Shown here piece after piece: positions 41,161 to 53,352 of a stretch of 64,000 nt of DNA. Under the pieces are notes generated by a model that saw only the letters and a list, made by a program, of their open reading frames with translations, was not told the DNA's origin and did not search any database. Location of the stretch: NCBI GenBank assembly GCA_040954595.2, contig CM082594.2:948247-1012246 (forward strand), written 5' to 3'. Within the stretch, counting starts at the first letter, position 1. Each line of letters begins with the position of its first letter. This DNA is from Balanoglossus misakiensis. Lineage: Eukaryota; Animalia; Hemichordata. A program made the position numbers and the translations under genes.

Positions 41161-41847
41161 ACAGAAAACGTACACACCTGTGTAATCACCTATTCACAAG
41201 TCATAAACTCGTCACAGATTTCCTTTCAAATACTTACCGTAAATTATTGCATAATTTTTGTACCAACACACATGTACAAAAGCTAACTAAACCGCTTTTT
41301 CCAAATCTTCATACTCAACTTGAAGTACACTATGACAAAATTCATATGAATAAATATCGCACTGAAAACACAGAAAAACAACTTACCACCTTGTTTTGAG
41401 GTGGCGGTCTCAACTCAGCAGCCTGGGTAGGCAAAGTCGCCTGAGAGGTAGAACCCGACACAGAACCCATTACACCGCTTGGTACACTCACACGTCTTGG
41501 TAGTTGGTTACCATCCTTTTGCAGAGGTTTTGGCTACTGTGCTTGTAGTTGTGAAGTACCCTGCACTACAGGTTGTGAAGTAGACTGCATGCTGTACCGC
41601 GAGGAGTAGGGTCTGCTCTCTAGTTATCCATGCACCGTTCGATGTGATGTGACAGCTGGGTGTATGCGCACTCCAATTATATATAGGTATCTTATGAATA
41701 TTCATATTCACTCAACCAATCACTACGCAGTGTAGATAGTAAAAATATAAAACATGCGACCTTGATTAATGAGCAACCTATCGACCAAACCATACATAAA
41801 GTTTTGTTGAGCTTGATACCGTCCAGAGTTCCGGCCCGACGGCCAGT

Positions 41848-41876
41848 ATCGCTTCTCGGCCTTTTGGCTAAGATCA
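41848..41876 (+). ncRNA. RNU2: U2 snRNA 5' 29 nt; gene disrupted
   Basis: ATCGCTTCTCGGCCTTTTGGCTAAGATCA is identical to the conserved metazoan U2 5' end. The expected AGTGTAGTATCTG continuation (branch-site pairing region) is replaced. Confidence 0.93.
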
Positions 41877-43230
41877 TTGGTTGTTACTGGTGTGTTATAT
41901 CCAATCCAAGAAGAGTATTTCTACAGGTGGTTTTTTCATCGTTCGACGTCCTCGTGGAGCTTCGTTTCTTCTTTTCTTTTGGTATCAGCCAGGTGGACGT
42001 GAGCGTGAGTTGCTTCTTTTTTAGCTTCTCATTTTTCTTTGCCGTTTTTATTTTCGCTTCAGTATGGTGCGTAAAGACCGCACCTTGTTGTTGAAGTTTC
42101 GGGAGGGTGTGAGTGGGTCGGGTAGGATTTTTGAGTTATTGCGTGAGGCGGGTGTGTGTGCAGAGACCCATCTGGAGGCGGTCCAAAGATTGCCGGGTCG
42201 ATGTGTAGATGTAACGTTTAGGACATTGTCTTTTAGACGTCAGTTTGAAGACGTCTTGAGGGGTGCGAAAGAGTTCGAAACTCAGACTTATAGTTCTGAT
42301 GTTGTTACGCTGACTGCCTTGTATATTGATAATGAGTTGGACGACAATTTTGTCCAGCGGATTTTGTCTGGGTACGGGACGGTCCTGGCAGCCAGGAAGT
42401 GTGTTTTCAGGGAGGAGCCTTCGGTGAACAATGGTACGAGGCAGTATCGTGTGCGGTTGAAAAAAAACATCCCTTCGACGATCAGGATTGGTACGCGCAA
42501 CGTGTGGCTGTCCTATCCTGGACAGCCACGTACCTGTGTTAGATGTGGCCAGGTGGGGCACCTGGCCAAGGAATGTAGTAACATTAGTTGCTTCCGGTGT
42601 GGTCAGTTGGGCCACCAAGTGAATAAATGTACCTTTGATGTGAAGTGTTCCGTTTGTGGGGGGAGGGGCATGTGTTTAGAAACTGCACTCTTTCATTTGC
42701 CAATAGAGTGTCCCTGACGAAGTCTTGGCTACCGACGTCGGAAGCCACTCTGTCCCCTAGCGTGGAAGTGGTAAATAAAATAGTTGATGATATTGTGGCG
42801 GCGGCGGTCAATACGGCTCTGGGGCAGTCGTCTGCAGAGCACGTTTGTGAAGATTCTGTCCCAGGTGCTGAGTGTTCTGTTTTTTCAGACGAAATTACGC
42901 CTGGTCAGGGTGACCAGGTACAGACTTCAGGTAGTGTACAAAGTGTTGCGATGGAGGTCGAGGAAGGGCAGCAACAGAACTCGGATTTTTTTAGTCCAAG
43001 GTCATCCTTTTCATCTTTGGAAATGATTTCCACTTTTTCTGCTAAGCGTCCTCCGATGAATCTGAGGAGGATTCCAAGCGAGTTGCTGTTGCTGTTGCTG
43101 TTGATAGCGAAGCCGACTCTGATTGTTCAGTGATCTCACATGCGTCTGGTTCTGTTTCTTTACAGTCTACAGTTGAATTACGTCAAAAGGCGTTAGATTC
43201 TGTTCGTCTTTCATCCATAATGGATTTGTC
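41877..43230 (+). mobile_element. 5' part of a Tx1/L1-clade LINE (Keno-like): 5' UTR and ORF1; ORF2 absent
   Basis: Starts at the U2 break; 187-nt leader to ATG 42064. Cut at ~43230 by Penelope-like sequence (boundary approximate). Confidence 0.8.
42064..43133 (+). pseudogene. Tx1-type ORF1p (RRM-like region plus three CCHC knuckles, ZCCHC3-like), frameshifted near 42660
   Basis: NGTRQYRVRLKKNIPSTIRIG..YPGQPRTCVRCGQVGHLAKEC..CFRCGQLGHQVNKC..CSVCG(fs)EGHVFRNC, followed by a low-complexity tail. Confidence 0.88.
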
Positions 43231-43234
43231 CACT

Positions 43235-44957
43235 GTGTACTCTTCATGGAAAATATATTGTTCATGGTTCCAAGAATCGAAGTAGATAGTGAAATATAGT
43301 CACTTTGGAACAGTATTTTTGAAACAGTGCGACGTTTCGATCCGACTACAACGGAGCTTGATCACGCAATGGTGTTAATTATTCAGCGTTGATGTCTCAG
43401 CAACAGGCGGAAAGATCGCACGATGGGAAAACCACAAGAAGTTCAACGTCCGTTGTTTTCGGCAAAACATCACGCCGACCAGCATAAAGCTCAACTCTAA
43501 CGTTACCGGAAAACAAGCTGACAAGATCGTGGCCAAAGCTGAGAAACAACTCATTAATGTCCGCATTCGCCAGTGCACATATACCATCATAAAACTGGGG
43601 GACAAACTAGATGAACATCAAAAGCAACTTGACGCCATCCTGAATTCCAACGAACAAGTGGAGGTGAGGGGACTCTTAGACTCGGTGCATTGTAACACCT
43701 ATGAAGTCACCAAAGCTAGGCAAATGGTCAAGTTTGAAAACCTGAGGAAAAAGAAACAAGAGAAGCACACAGTGAGTAACACCAGTGTAAACACAGATAG
43801 ATGGGTAGTCAATCTGAGCAACAGACAGCTAAATGCTAATGAAATCTCCATTCTGAAAAAGGGACTGAACTTTGCGATAACACCAACCGAGGTACCAGTT
43901 GCTGAGATCATCGCTGGTACAGAGACAGTATGCAGTAAGCTCTCAGAAACCAAAGCAGCTGAGTTGAGAAGTGAAGTGGTACGAGTAGTAAAGCGGGCCA
44001 AAATATCCAAATCCAACATAACGAAGGAAGAGCGACATGCCCTACAAATATTACGTAAAGACGAGTCCATCATTGTACTACCAGCTGAAAAAGGCAGGGC
44101 AACAGTGTTGATGAACATGGCTGACTATAAAAAGAAAATTAACACTCTATTGTCTGACAACAACACCTATAAGACACTGAAGAAAGATCCCACTTCCAGA
44201 CACAAGACCAAATTAGTTAACATGTTGAGAGATATCAGGAAAGAAGGCAACATTAGTGACAAACTATACTGGAAACTGTACCCCAACTCTGAAGAAGCAC
44301 CCAAACTGTACGGAACACCAAAAATACACAAACCAGACGCACCACTTCGACCCATTGTGTCTACCTGTGGCAGCATCACTTACAACGTTGCGCGCCATCT
44401 AGCTGAAGTCCTTACACCACTTGTCAGTAACACAGTACACAGTATTAAAACAGTAAAGAACTGGTAGACAAGCTGAAAGATCTGCGAATTTCACCTGGCC
44501 AAAAACTGGTCTCCTATGATGTCCTAGCCTTGTTCACTAGTGTCCCAGTAGACCAAGCACTAGAAGTCACTCAAAACAAACTCAAGACAGATGACACCCT
44601 CAGCAACCGATCAGAACTCACTGTAGAACAAATAACCAAGTTATTGGAGTTCTGTCTGAAAACCACGTATTTTGTGTATGATGGGATATTCTACCAGCAA
44701 ACCCATGGAGCTGCAATGGGGTCACCAGTGTCACCCATTGTAGCGAACTTATACATGGAGTACTTTGAAGACCGTGCTATCTCCACAGCCCCCCACCCAC
44801 CATCATTGTGGCTGCGATACGTGGATGACACCTTTGTGAATACAGATGAACAGGCGGTAGACTCACTGACACAACATATAAACAGTATAGATCCTCATAT
44901 TCAATTCACCATAGAACCAGAATCAGATAAGAAATTGCCTTTCCTCGACCTCTGCGT
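43235..44957 (+). mobile_element. Penelope-like element (Penelope/Poseidon type), 3'-truncated
   Basis: Motifs WVVNLS, LKKGLNFA, LPAEKGRATV, LYGTPKIHK, PLRPIVS, SYDVLALFTSVP, GAAMGSP, WLRYVDDTF, LPFLD. One frameshift near 44460. Hammerhead-bearing inverted pLTR lies upstream. Confidence 0.93.
43325..43371 (-). ncRNA. Minimal type I hammerhead ribozyme (G3-C8 core variant) in an inverted pLTR
   Basis: Minus strand reads CAUUGC-GUGAUCA-A-GCUCCG uuguagu CGGAUC-GAAACGUC-GCACUG: stem I, core, stem II, palindromic ACGU helix III and a GUC site. Confidence 0.72.
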
Positions 44958-46644
44958 CTGTATCACCCCAATATGTAATAATTAACCCAATGTGTAATAC
45001 TAACCCAATATGTAATAACACTTAACCCAATATGTAATGCTAACCCAATTTGTAATAACACTTAACCCAATATGTAATAAACTTTAATTCTACATGTAAT
45101 AAACGTTATCAGCTAGCTGCATATGTAATAAGCGTTAACCCTATATGTTATAGACTTGAATTTTACATGAAATAACGTTAATTCTACATGAAAAAAACGT
45201 TATTAGTTAACCCTATATGTAATAAACTTTAACCCTGTATGTAATAAACTTTAACCCAATATGTAACACTAACCCAATATGTAATACCACTTAAACCAAT
45301 ATGTAACACTAACCCAATATGTAATAACACTTTAACCCAATATGTAATACTAACCCAATATGTAATAACACCTTAACCCAATATGTAATACTAACCCAAT
45401 ATGTAATAACACTTTAACCCAATATGTAATAACACTGCCCTAATGTGTTTGAATATGTAATATTAACCCAATAGAGTTGAAGTAAAACTCAAGTCTTTAT
45501 AAAAGTAGTGAAATCAAGTTGTGTACGCATGTGTGACATCAAAATATTGTCTCAGATGGAAGCTCCCAGACATATACAGAGAATACCTAGGACACATAAT
45601 TGACATGGAAAATTTCCAAATTTTAGACAGAGAATCTGATTTATTAATTAAGTCATATACATCAGGACACTTCAACCCTCACTTGTACAGATGGGGACAA
45701 GGGGGGTTACACTTTACCATCCGTGCACACTACTTGCCCGTCAAAAGTGAAACAGATACTTATATTGAATGCCTTACGCGTCAAGTATACCTTTCTTAAT
45801 TTTGAAGTCCAAAAGCGGGGGGGGGGGGGGTCATCTTTTTTTTAAAAAAAACGTTTAGGGGGTTCACATACTTATGCCACAAAACTTGTGCTTTTGAGTC
45901 CACAAAATGCAGTTTCGCACCCTTTATTTTACAAAATTTTCTAATCCCCAGCGTACCCCCGGGGCCTCCCCACCTCGGGTGATACGGGACAAATGTGGCG
46001 AATTAGCCCGGTGGTTGCAGTCCTCTAGTGGGTGGATCCGTATACTAACAGCCGATAGTAATAGTTTTGCGAAATATAGCATAAAGCTAGAGGTTCAAAC
46101 AGCAAAATTTTACCTTGATTTCATGTGGAAGCAAAGGTTAGGTAAATCTATCACTATGTTAACTTTACCAGGACTATCAAATGCTACCGGAACTTGCAAG
46201 TAATTCGTTGGGTTAGGCGGGAAGTATGTTAATCAATAGGGTTTCCCCCTCTATCACCACCTCTATTGAAAATAGATGAAATAATATTATGGTCTTTTCC
46301 CAGAAAGACAAATATACCCCCCCCCCCCCCCCTCGTATAAAAAATACAAGCCACCGTTATTACATATTGGGTTAAAGAAAAACCTTGAGTTTAGTTTTAA
46401 AACATGTTTAGTAAGGATTCCAATTCAGATACAGATATAATTTCATATTAATTTGGTGTATTTCATTTAGCTTAGCATTAAAATACATTAGGGCAGTGTT
46501 ATTACATATTGGGTTAAGGTGTTATTACATATTCGGTTAAAGTTTATTACATATAGGGTTAGTGTTACATATTGGGTTAAGTGTTATTACATATTGGGTT
46601 AGTATTACATATTGGGTTAATTATTACATATTGGGGTGATGCAG
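44958..46644. mobile_element. Foldback element with (AACCCAATATGTAATA)n arms
   Basis: TIR CTGTATCACCCCAATATGTAATAATTAACCCAAT / ATTGGGTTAATTATTACATATTGGGGTGATGCAG; tandem 17-22-bp subrepeats in both arms. No TSD. Confidence 0.85.
45589..45730 (+). pseudogene. Decayed relic of a PLE GIY-YIG C-terminus inside the foldback
   Basis: GHIIDMENFQILDRESD...IYIRTLQPSL..GGYTLP read across shifted frames. Confidence 0.55.
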
Positions 46645-47124
46645 CTAACGAAGGCTAATGTCTGTCATAGTGTGCCGGGGTTTTAGTCGAGCCAAGCCGT
46701 AGGAGATCAGACTTGATCAACGTGGTCTCTGTACGCGTGTTTCTGCTCTAGAGTGCCGGGGCTTTATCCAAGCCATGCCGTAGAAAATCGGACTTGATCA
46801 CCGTTGCTAACGTACGATAGTGTCTGTCATATTGTGACGGAGATTTAGCCGAGCCAGGCCATAGAAAAATCGACTTGTTCAACGTTACCAGTGTGCAACT
46901 GTTTCTGCTCTAGAGTGTCAGGGTTTTAGCCGACTTATGCTGTAGGAAATCTGAGTTGATGAACGGGAATCCAATGTTAGAAAACCCGTGTGGAAAGTAT
47001 CTCTACCCGTTTGAAACTAAGAATAGAATTTATTCTTATTTATTTTGTAAAAAAGACAATTTTTCGAAAAAAAGTCGAAAATGGTAATTTTGTCTTGGGT
47101 GATTCAAATTATACCGCCTTTTCT

Positions 47125-47502
47125 CATCGTCGCAAACCACGGCCCTTTTACGGCAGCGCTCTGCTCCCCCCAAAAAGGCCGTGGTATAATACGGCCATGT
47201 ATTCAGTATTTGGTCTAGGCGCTTTCATAGTACACCCAACAACCAATCAGATTGCTTGTTACATCCCATTCACGCATCTCATTACATCTCATTCTAAACA
47301 ACATGGCGGCTTCCAGTGTGGAAGTGCTATTGTCCCAGCTCTCCTTGAGAGACGGGCTTTGATTGGCCAGATTATAATGATGTCATCTCATGAATATGCA
47401 TTACCAATATGTTCAAATACCAGCGCGGTACTCCATTTTAACCAGAGTACGTGATTTCGATAGTGAAACGAAAGAAATCCGTAGTCTGGTGGGGCGAGAA
47501 TG
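47125..47502. mobile_element. MITE with CA...TG ends and 8-bp TSD (P- or hAT-like)
   Basis: TSD CCTTTTCT at 47117-47124 and 47503-47510; imperfect TIR CATCGTCGC / GCGAGAATG; empty paralogous site at ~49560. Confidence 0.85.
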
Positions 47503-50500
47503 CCTTTTCTGGAATTTGCAGCACTTTTTACAAGAGAACGACACTTCATGCTCCATAATATTTCCGAAAATGAAGAAAAGAGTTAATTTTTTATGATTTT
47601 TTAAAAATTTACCATTTTTGTCAAAATATGGCCAAAATGGCTATTTTTTCTTGAATTCGGTCAATATCTCTGCATTTTTGGAGTGGTCGAACGTTTTAAC
47701 ATACAATCAACATGTCATATATGATCAGGGCACCAAATTCGAAGAACAAAGGTTTTTTTCTTTTTTTTTTCTTCTAAAAATGACATTTTCAAGTAAAATT
47801 TGGTAAAACGCAATTTTGTCTGCAGTGAGCCAAATTAGACTGTCTTTTATGAAATTTGTATCGATATATACATACGAAGAGCATTCTATACTCCATCAGA
47901 ATTCCGAAAATGTAGAAAACAGGTATTTTTTGTAAATTTCAAAAAATTACCATTTTGACCAAATTGTGGCCAAAATGTTTGTTTTCGTATTGAATGCCGC
48001 CTGTGTCACTGCTTTTAAAAGTCATAACAACTTTTAACATACAAGCAATTGTTTATATATGATCAGGTCACCGAATTAAAAAAATAAAGAATGTTTTGCC
48101 TAAAAATGACCTTTTTGGTGCAAAAACGAATAAAACGCAATTTTGTATTAAATCAGCTCATTCAGAGTGCATTTTTTATAATCAGCACTTTTTTTACATA
48201 TAATGGAAATTTCATACACCATCAGATATCCAAATATGAAAAAATGATTTAGATTTTAGATGATTGTCCAAAATTAGGTGATATCTAATAAATGTAGTAT
48301 TGAACCGTTCTGTTCCCCCCCCCCCCCTACATTATATGCGGTACGCCGATGTCAGCTTACCCGGCAGTACTGCAGGCCGTGCCCCCAACTAACGTCGGTG
48401 TTTGAAACGCCCTGGTTAAATTCGGGCTTTCTCTATAAATTGACAGGCAATAATGCAGTAATACCCGAACAAATGTCGAGTGATGACCCGCTGTGACTTT
48501 CCCTCTTCGGTTTGCCCGACTTAGCCAACGTCTTTGTACTAGAGTGTCGGGTCTTTTGCAGAGCCAGGCCGAAGGAAATCCGACTTGATCACCGTTGCTA
48601 ACGAACGCTAGTGTCTGTCATGGCGTGCCGGGGTTTTAGTCGAGCCAGGTCGTAGGAGATCTGACTTGTTCATCGTGGTCAATGTACGCGTGTTTCCGCT
48701 CTAAAGTGCCGGGGCTTCAGCTAAACCAGGCCGTAGGAAATCCGACGTAATCACCGTTGATAACTTACGCCAGTCTGTGTCATATAGAGCCGGTGCACCA
48801 GCCGAGTCACGCCGTAGGAAATCTGACTTGATCAACGTGGTCAATGTACGCCTGTTTCTGCTCTAGAGTGCCGGGGCTTCAGCTGAGCCAGGCCGTAGGA
48901 AACCCGACGTGATTACCGTTGTTAAATTACGCCAGTCTGTGTCCTATATATAGTGCCGGGGCATCAGCCGTGCCAGGCCGAAGGAAATGTGAGTAGATCA
49001 ACGTGGTCTCTGTACGCGTGTTTCTGCTCTAGAGTGCCAGGGCTTTAGCCAAGCCATGCCGTAGGAAATCTGACTTGATCAACGTTGCTAACGAACGCTA
49101 GTGTCTGTCATAGTGTGCCGGGGTTTTAGTCGAGCCAAGCCGTAGGAGATCAGACTTGATCAACGTGGTCTCTGTACGCGTGTTTCTGCTCTAGAGTGCC
49201 GGGGCTTTATCCAAGCCATGCCGTAGAAAATCTGACTTGATCACCGTTGCTAACGTACGCTAGTGTCTGTCATATAGTGACGGAGATTTAGCCGAGCCAG
49301 GCCGTAGAAAAATCGACTTGTTCAACGTTACCAGTGTGCAACTGTTTCTGCTCTAGAGTGTCAGGGTTTTAGCCGACTTATGCTGTAGGAAATCTGAGTT
49401 GATGAACGGGAATTCAATGTTAGAAAACCCGTGTGGAAAGTATCTCTACCCGTTTGAAACTAAGAAAAGAATTTATTCTTATTTATTTTGTAAAAAAGAC
49501 AATTTTTCGAAAAAAAGTCGAAAATGGTAATTTTGTCTTGGGTGATTCAAATTATACCGCCTTTTCTGGAATTTGCAGCACTTTTTACAAGAGAACGATA
49601 CTTCATGCTCCATAATATTTCCGAAAAAGAAGAGAGTTAATTTTTAATGATTTTTTTAAAATTTACCATTTTTGTCAAAATATGGCCAAAATGGCTATTT
49701 CACATACAACCAACATACAATCAACATGTCATATATGATCAGGGCTCCAAATTCGAAGAAAAAAGGTTTTTTTATTTTTTTTTCTTCTAAAAATGACATT
49801 TTCAAGGAAAATTTGGTAAAACGCAATTTTGTCTGTAGTGAGCTAAATTAGACTGTCTTTTGTGGAATTTGTATCGATATATACATACGAAGAGCATTGT
49901 ATACTCCATCAGATTTCCGAAAATGTAGAAAACAGGTATTTTTTGTAATTTTCAAAAATTTACCATTTTGACCAAATTGTGACTAAAATTGTTATTTTCG
50001 TGTTGAATGCCGCGAGTGTCACTGCTTTAAAAAGTCATAAAAACTTTTAACATACAAGCAATTGTTTATATATGATCAGGTCACCGAATTAAAAAAATAA
50101 AGAATGTTTTGCCTAAAAATGACCTTTTTGGTGCAAAAACGAATAAAACGCAATTTTGTATTAAATCAACTCATTCAGAGTGCATTTTTTATAATCAGCA
50201 CCATTTTTACATATAATGGAAATTTCATACATCATCAGATATCCAAATATGAAAAAAATGATTTAGATTTTAGATGATTGTCCAAAATTAGCTGATATCT
50301 AATAAATGTAGTATTGAACCGTTCTGTTTCCCCCCCCCCCCTTACATTATATGCGGTACGCCGATGTCAGCTTACCCGGCAGTACTGCAGGCCGTGCCCC
50401 CAACTAACGTCGGTGTTTGAAACGCCCTGGTTAAATTCGGGCTTTCTCTATAAATTGACAGGCAATAATGCAGTCCTACCCGAACAAATGTCGAGTGTTG

Positions 50501-50616
50501 ACCCGCTGTGACTTTCCCTCTTCGGTTTGCCCGACTTAGCCAACATCTTTGTACTAGATTGTCGGGTCTTTTGCAGAGCCAGGCCGAAGGAAATCCGACT
50601 TGATCACCGTTGCTAA

Positions 50617-51578
50617 GTAAAGGATAATGTACGAGTGGAGTGCAATCGTTCAGATATTGAACGACACGAGGGCCGCAGGCCCGAGTGTCGTTCAATATCT
50701 AAACGATTGCACGACACGAGTACATTATCCGGCTTACAATACGTCGCAACATCTGTGATCTTGATATATGCTAAACAACTTCTCAACCACATCAACCAAT
50801 CACAAGCGTCGCAAAATACACCTGGTGTATGACTCATTTCGATTGGATACTTGTCAACCAGGGCATTTGTCACGTGGTCATTGAGGTGCCACGTTTCCAT
50901 CATCATTCGGAACTCAACCTTCGACAGACAAACACCATGGCCGAAAGTAGCGACGAGCACGAGCTTTTCATTACCCATGGAGCACGTTCCGACACCCAAG
51001 CGAAAGCGAAGGGCGTAGCTTTTACGATATGGACTGGATTTTCCAAGATTTTGGTAGCTTCATTGAAGATAATGTACATAAACCATCGGTCATGGAAAGT
51101 GTCCTGCAGAAAATCAAGGGTGCCTTTCTCCTGGCCTGCAGCCGCCATTGCGCACATCCTCAGTCTGTAAGTACCATTTTTCTGTCATTTTCCTCGGAAC
51201 TTGTAAATTTGTAGTTTTATATTGATCAGGAATGTTCGATTGTACGTCAGCGTAGGCACTTCAGGGAAGTTTTGGTACGTCGAAAAAAATCAAGCTTTCA
51301 GGTGAATCCGTGTGTGAGGTAGAAACGAACCCCCAACCAAAGGTTGAGCCCTGCAGCGCAGAGATCACGACAAAGAAAGATGGACGAGCCAAGTGTGTGC
51401 ACCTGGAAGCAGTTCTTCCCGCCGGAGGCAGCACCTCCTGTCAAAGCTATCTTGTTTGTTGTAGTGAATCTTATTATGCCAGGTGCAGTGCAATATCCAG
51501 ATATTGCACTGGTACCAGTGCATTATCATAGATAATGTCCCAAGAGAACAAAGAGTCTGGTCACATGTAGTGTTGTAA
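50617..51578 (+). mobile_element. Crypton-like non-autonomous insertion with a terminal 109-bp palindrome
   Basis: Palindrome 50622-50730 centred on GAGGGCCGCAGGCCCGAG; second palindrome CAGTGCAATATC-CA-GATATTGCACTG near 51490. Interrupts GTTGCTAACGAACG with TAA on both sides; empty site at ~48600. Confidence 0.7.
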
Positions 51579-53352
51579 CGAACGCTAGTGTCTGTCATGG
51601 TGTGCCGGGGTTTTAGTCGAGCCAGGCCGTAGGAAATGTGACTTGATCAACGTGGTCAGTGTACGCGTGCTTCTGCTCTAGAGTACCGGGGCTTCAGCTG
51701 AGCCAGGCCGAAGGAAACCCGATGTGATTACCGTTGTTAACTTACACCAGTCTGTGTCCTATATATAGTGCCGGGGCATCAGCCGTGCCAAGCCGATGGA
51801 AATGTGAGTAGATCAACGTGGTCTCTGTACGCGTGTTTCTGCTCTAGACTGCCAGGGCTTTAGCCAAGCCATGCCGTAGAAAATCTGACTTGATCAAAGT
51901 TGCTAACGAACGCTAGTGTCTGTCATAGTGTGCCGGGGTTTTAGTCGAGCCAAGCCGTAGGAGATCAGACTTGATCAACGTGGTCTCTGTACGCGTGTTT
52001 CTGCTCTAGAGTGGTGGGGCTTTATCCAAGCCATGCCGTAGAAAATCTGACTTGATCACCGTTGCTAACGCCGCCCAACAACTCTTCATGATAAAGGAGC
52101 TGTATAATTCGTTTGTTGCACTTCCATACAGCCCATTGAGAGACTGCGTAGACCATGACACATGGAAACACATTCGTTTACAGTTTTACTAGGAAATACG
52201 AAACGCATAGCAGTGCAGTACCACTTTATCTATACATGTACCATTGTATCCCGGGCCACGCTTGGTTGTACGTTGTACTAGAAGCCCTACGTACAGGCCG
52301 AGCGTATAGACCCCCCCCCCCCCGGGTTACTTCGAAAATTTTCGGACTGGGTCCGTTTGCCGCCCAAGTTGAGCACACCGAAAATCAACATTGAGTTTTT
52401 TGAAAATCAAAGGCAGGGACAAACCAATGAGGACAAAATACTGTTACAGAAAAGTGTTCTCGGTGACGTTGAGATGTGACCCAAACCATGAAACATATTA
52501 TTATTCACGAAGCAATGTCTCCCGGAAAATGTAACATTACCAGGGGCATCAGATTGCGCCAGTGTACGTGTGCTGCATGTATGTCATGAAATGGCTGATT
52601 TGTCTTGTCTCTGCCGTTGCTAAATGACCGTCCGTCGCCGTTCGCAATCATATAAATAGTCTTTGTTCGCATTGTCACACTGACACCAGCGCACTGTTGC
52701 TGTGGGGTCACACTGGAAGGAAATCATGTCTGTATTGTCAATGTTTAGCGACAAGAACAGGTGAACTTAAAGTGTAAAGTGCGTAACTAAGTGAAACATA
52801 GACCGGAGTCTATTATTTAAAGCAACACTTTTGGCTTGTCATAACAGCTGTCTGCAGTCTTTAAACGACATAGGCTGCCATTATCAACTTGTAATATCAC
52901 TGTGCCCACAGTTTCTGTGCTCCGCCTAACCAACCATTGGCCATGGAAAGTCAGAGCAATGTGTAAACTGAGTAGTAATGGCCTCATCGGAAAGCAACAA
53001 GCTGGCAAACACGTGTACGTTGTCAATGTTTGTCGCTTGTCTTCAGCGGTCGGAAACCTGTGAAATGTGTGATCGAAATTGACAAGTGGAATTGAATGCA
53101 AAGTAACACTTCTGGGCCATTATCAGCATCACAAAAGTGTCTGTGTTTTTCAGTATGTTTTCCTATTGTTTTAAATGACAACAATTCAGGACTTTGCAAG
53201 GTTTCCGTAATGTCACCTGATCTTTTCTGGGAGATGCGCGTGCATATTGCCGAAATTACTGTGGAGAGTTGCAAAATACGTGTTTTGAGTTTTTCCAAAA
53301 ACGGGATGAAGACTGCACCAGTGAAAAAAAAAATCGCTCGCTGCCTCAGCCC

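Larger units (their letters stand above)
39435..41740. mobile_element. Head-to-tail pair of related non-autonomous elements (~270 bp and ~2.0 kb) with Crypton-like ends
   Basis: Block A at 39435-39503 and 39703-39771; block B at 39591-39704 and 41627-41740. Terminal inverted match TATCCCCACTGCGTAGT / ACTACGCAGTGTAGATA (15/17). Confidence 0.6.
46645..52070 (+). repeat. Composite ~2-kb duplicated unit (AT-rich segment plus blocks of an ~80-bp tandem repeat with dimeric alternation)
   Basis: 46990 matches 49433 and ~48280 matches ~50293. The unit GTGCCGGGG..AGCCAGGCCGTAGGAAATCTGACTTGATCAACGT recurs at 46645-46965, 48530-49410, 50545-50616 and 51579-52070. Confidence 0.9.

Noticed and set aside
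44965-46640. TAACCC/GGGTTA as interstitial telomere
   Set aside because: The hexamer is never tandem; it is part of a 17-22-bp subrepeat in foldback arms.
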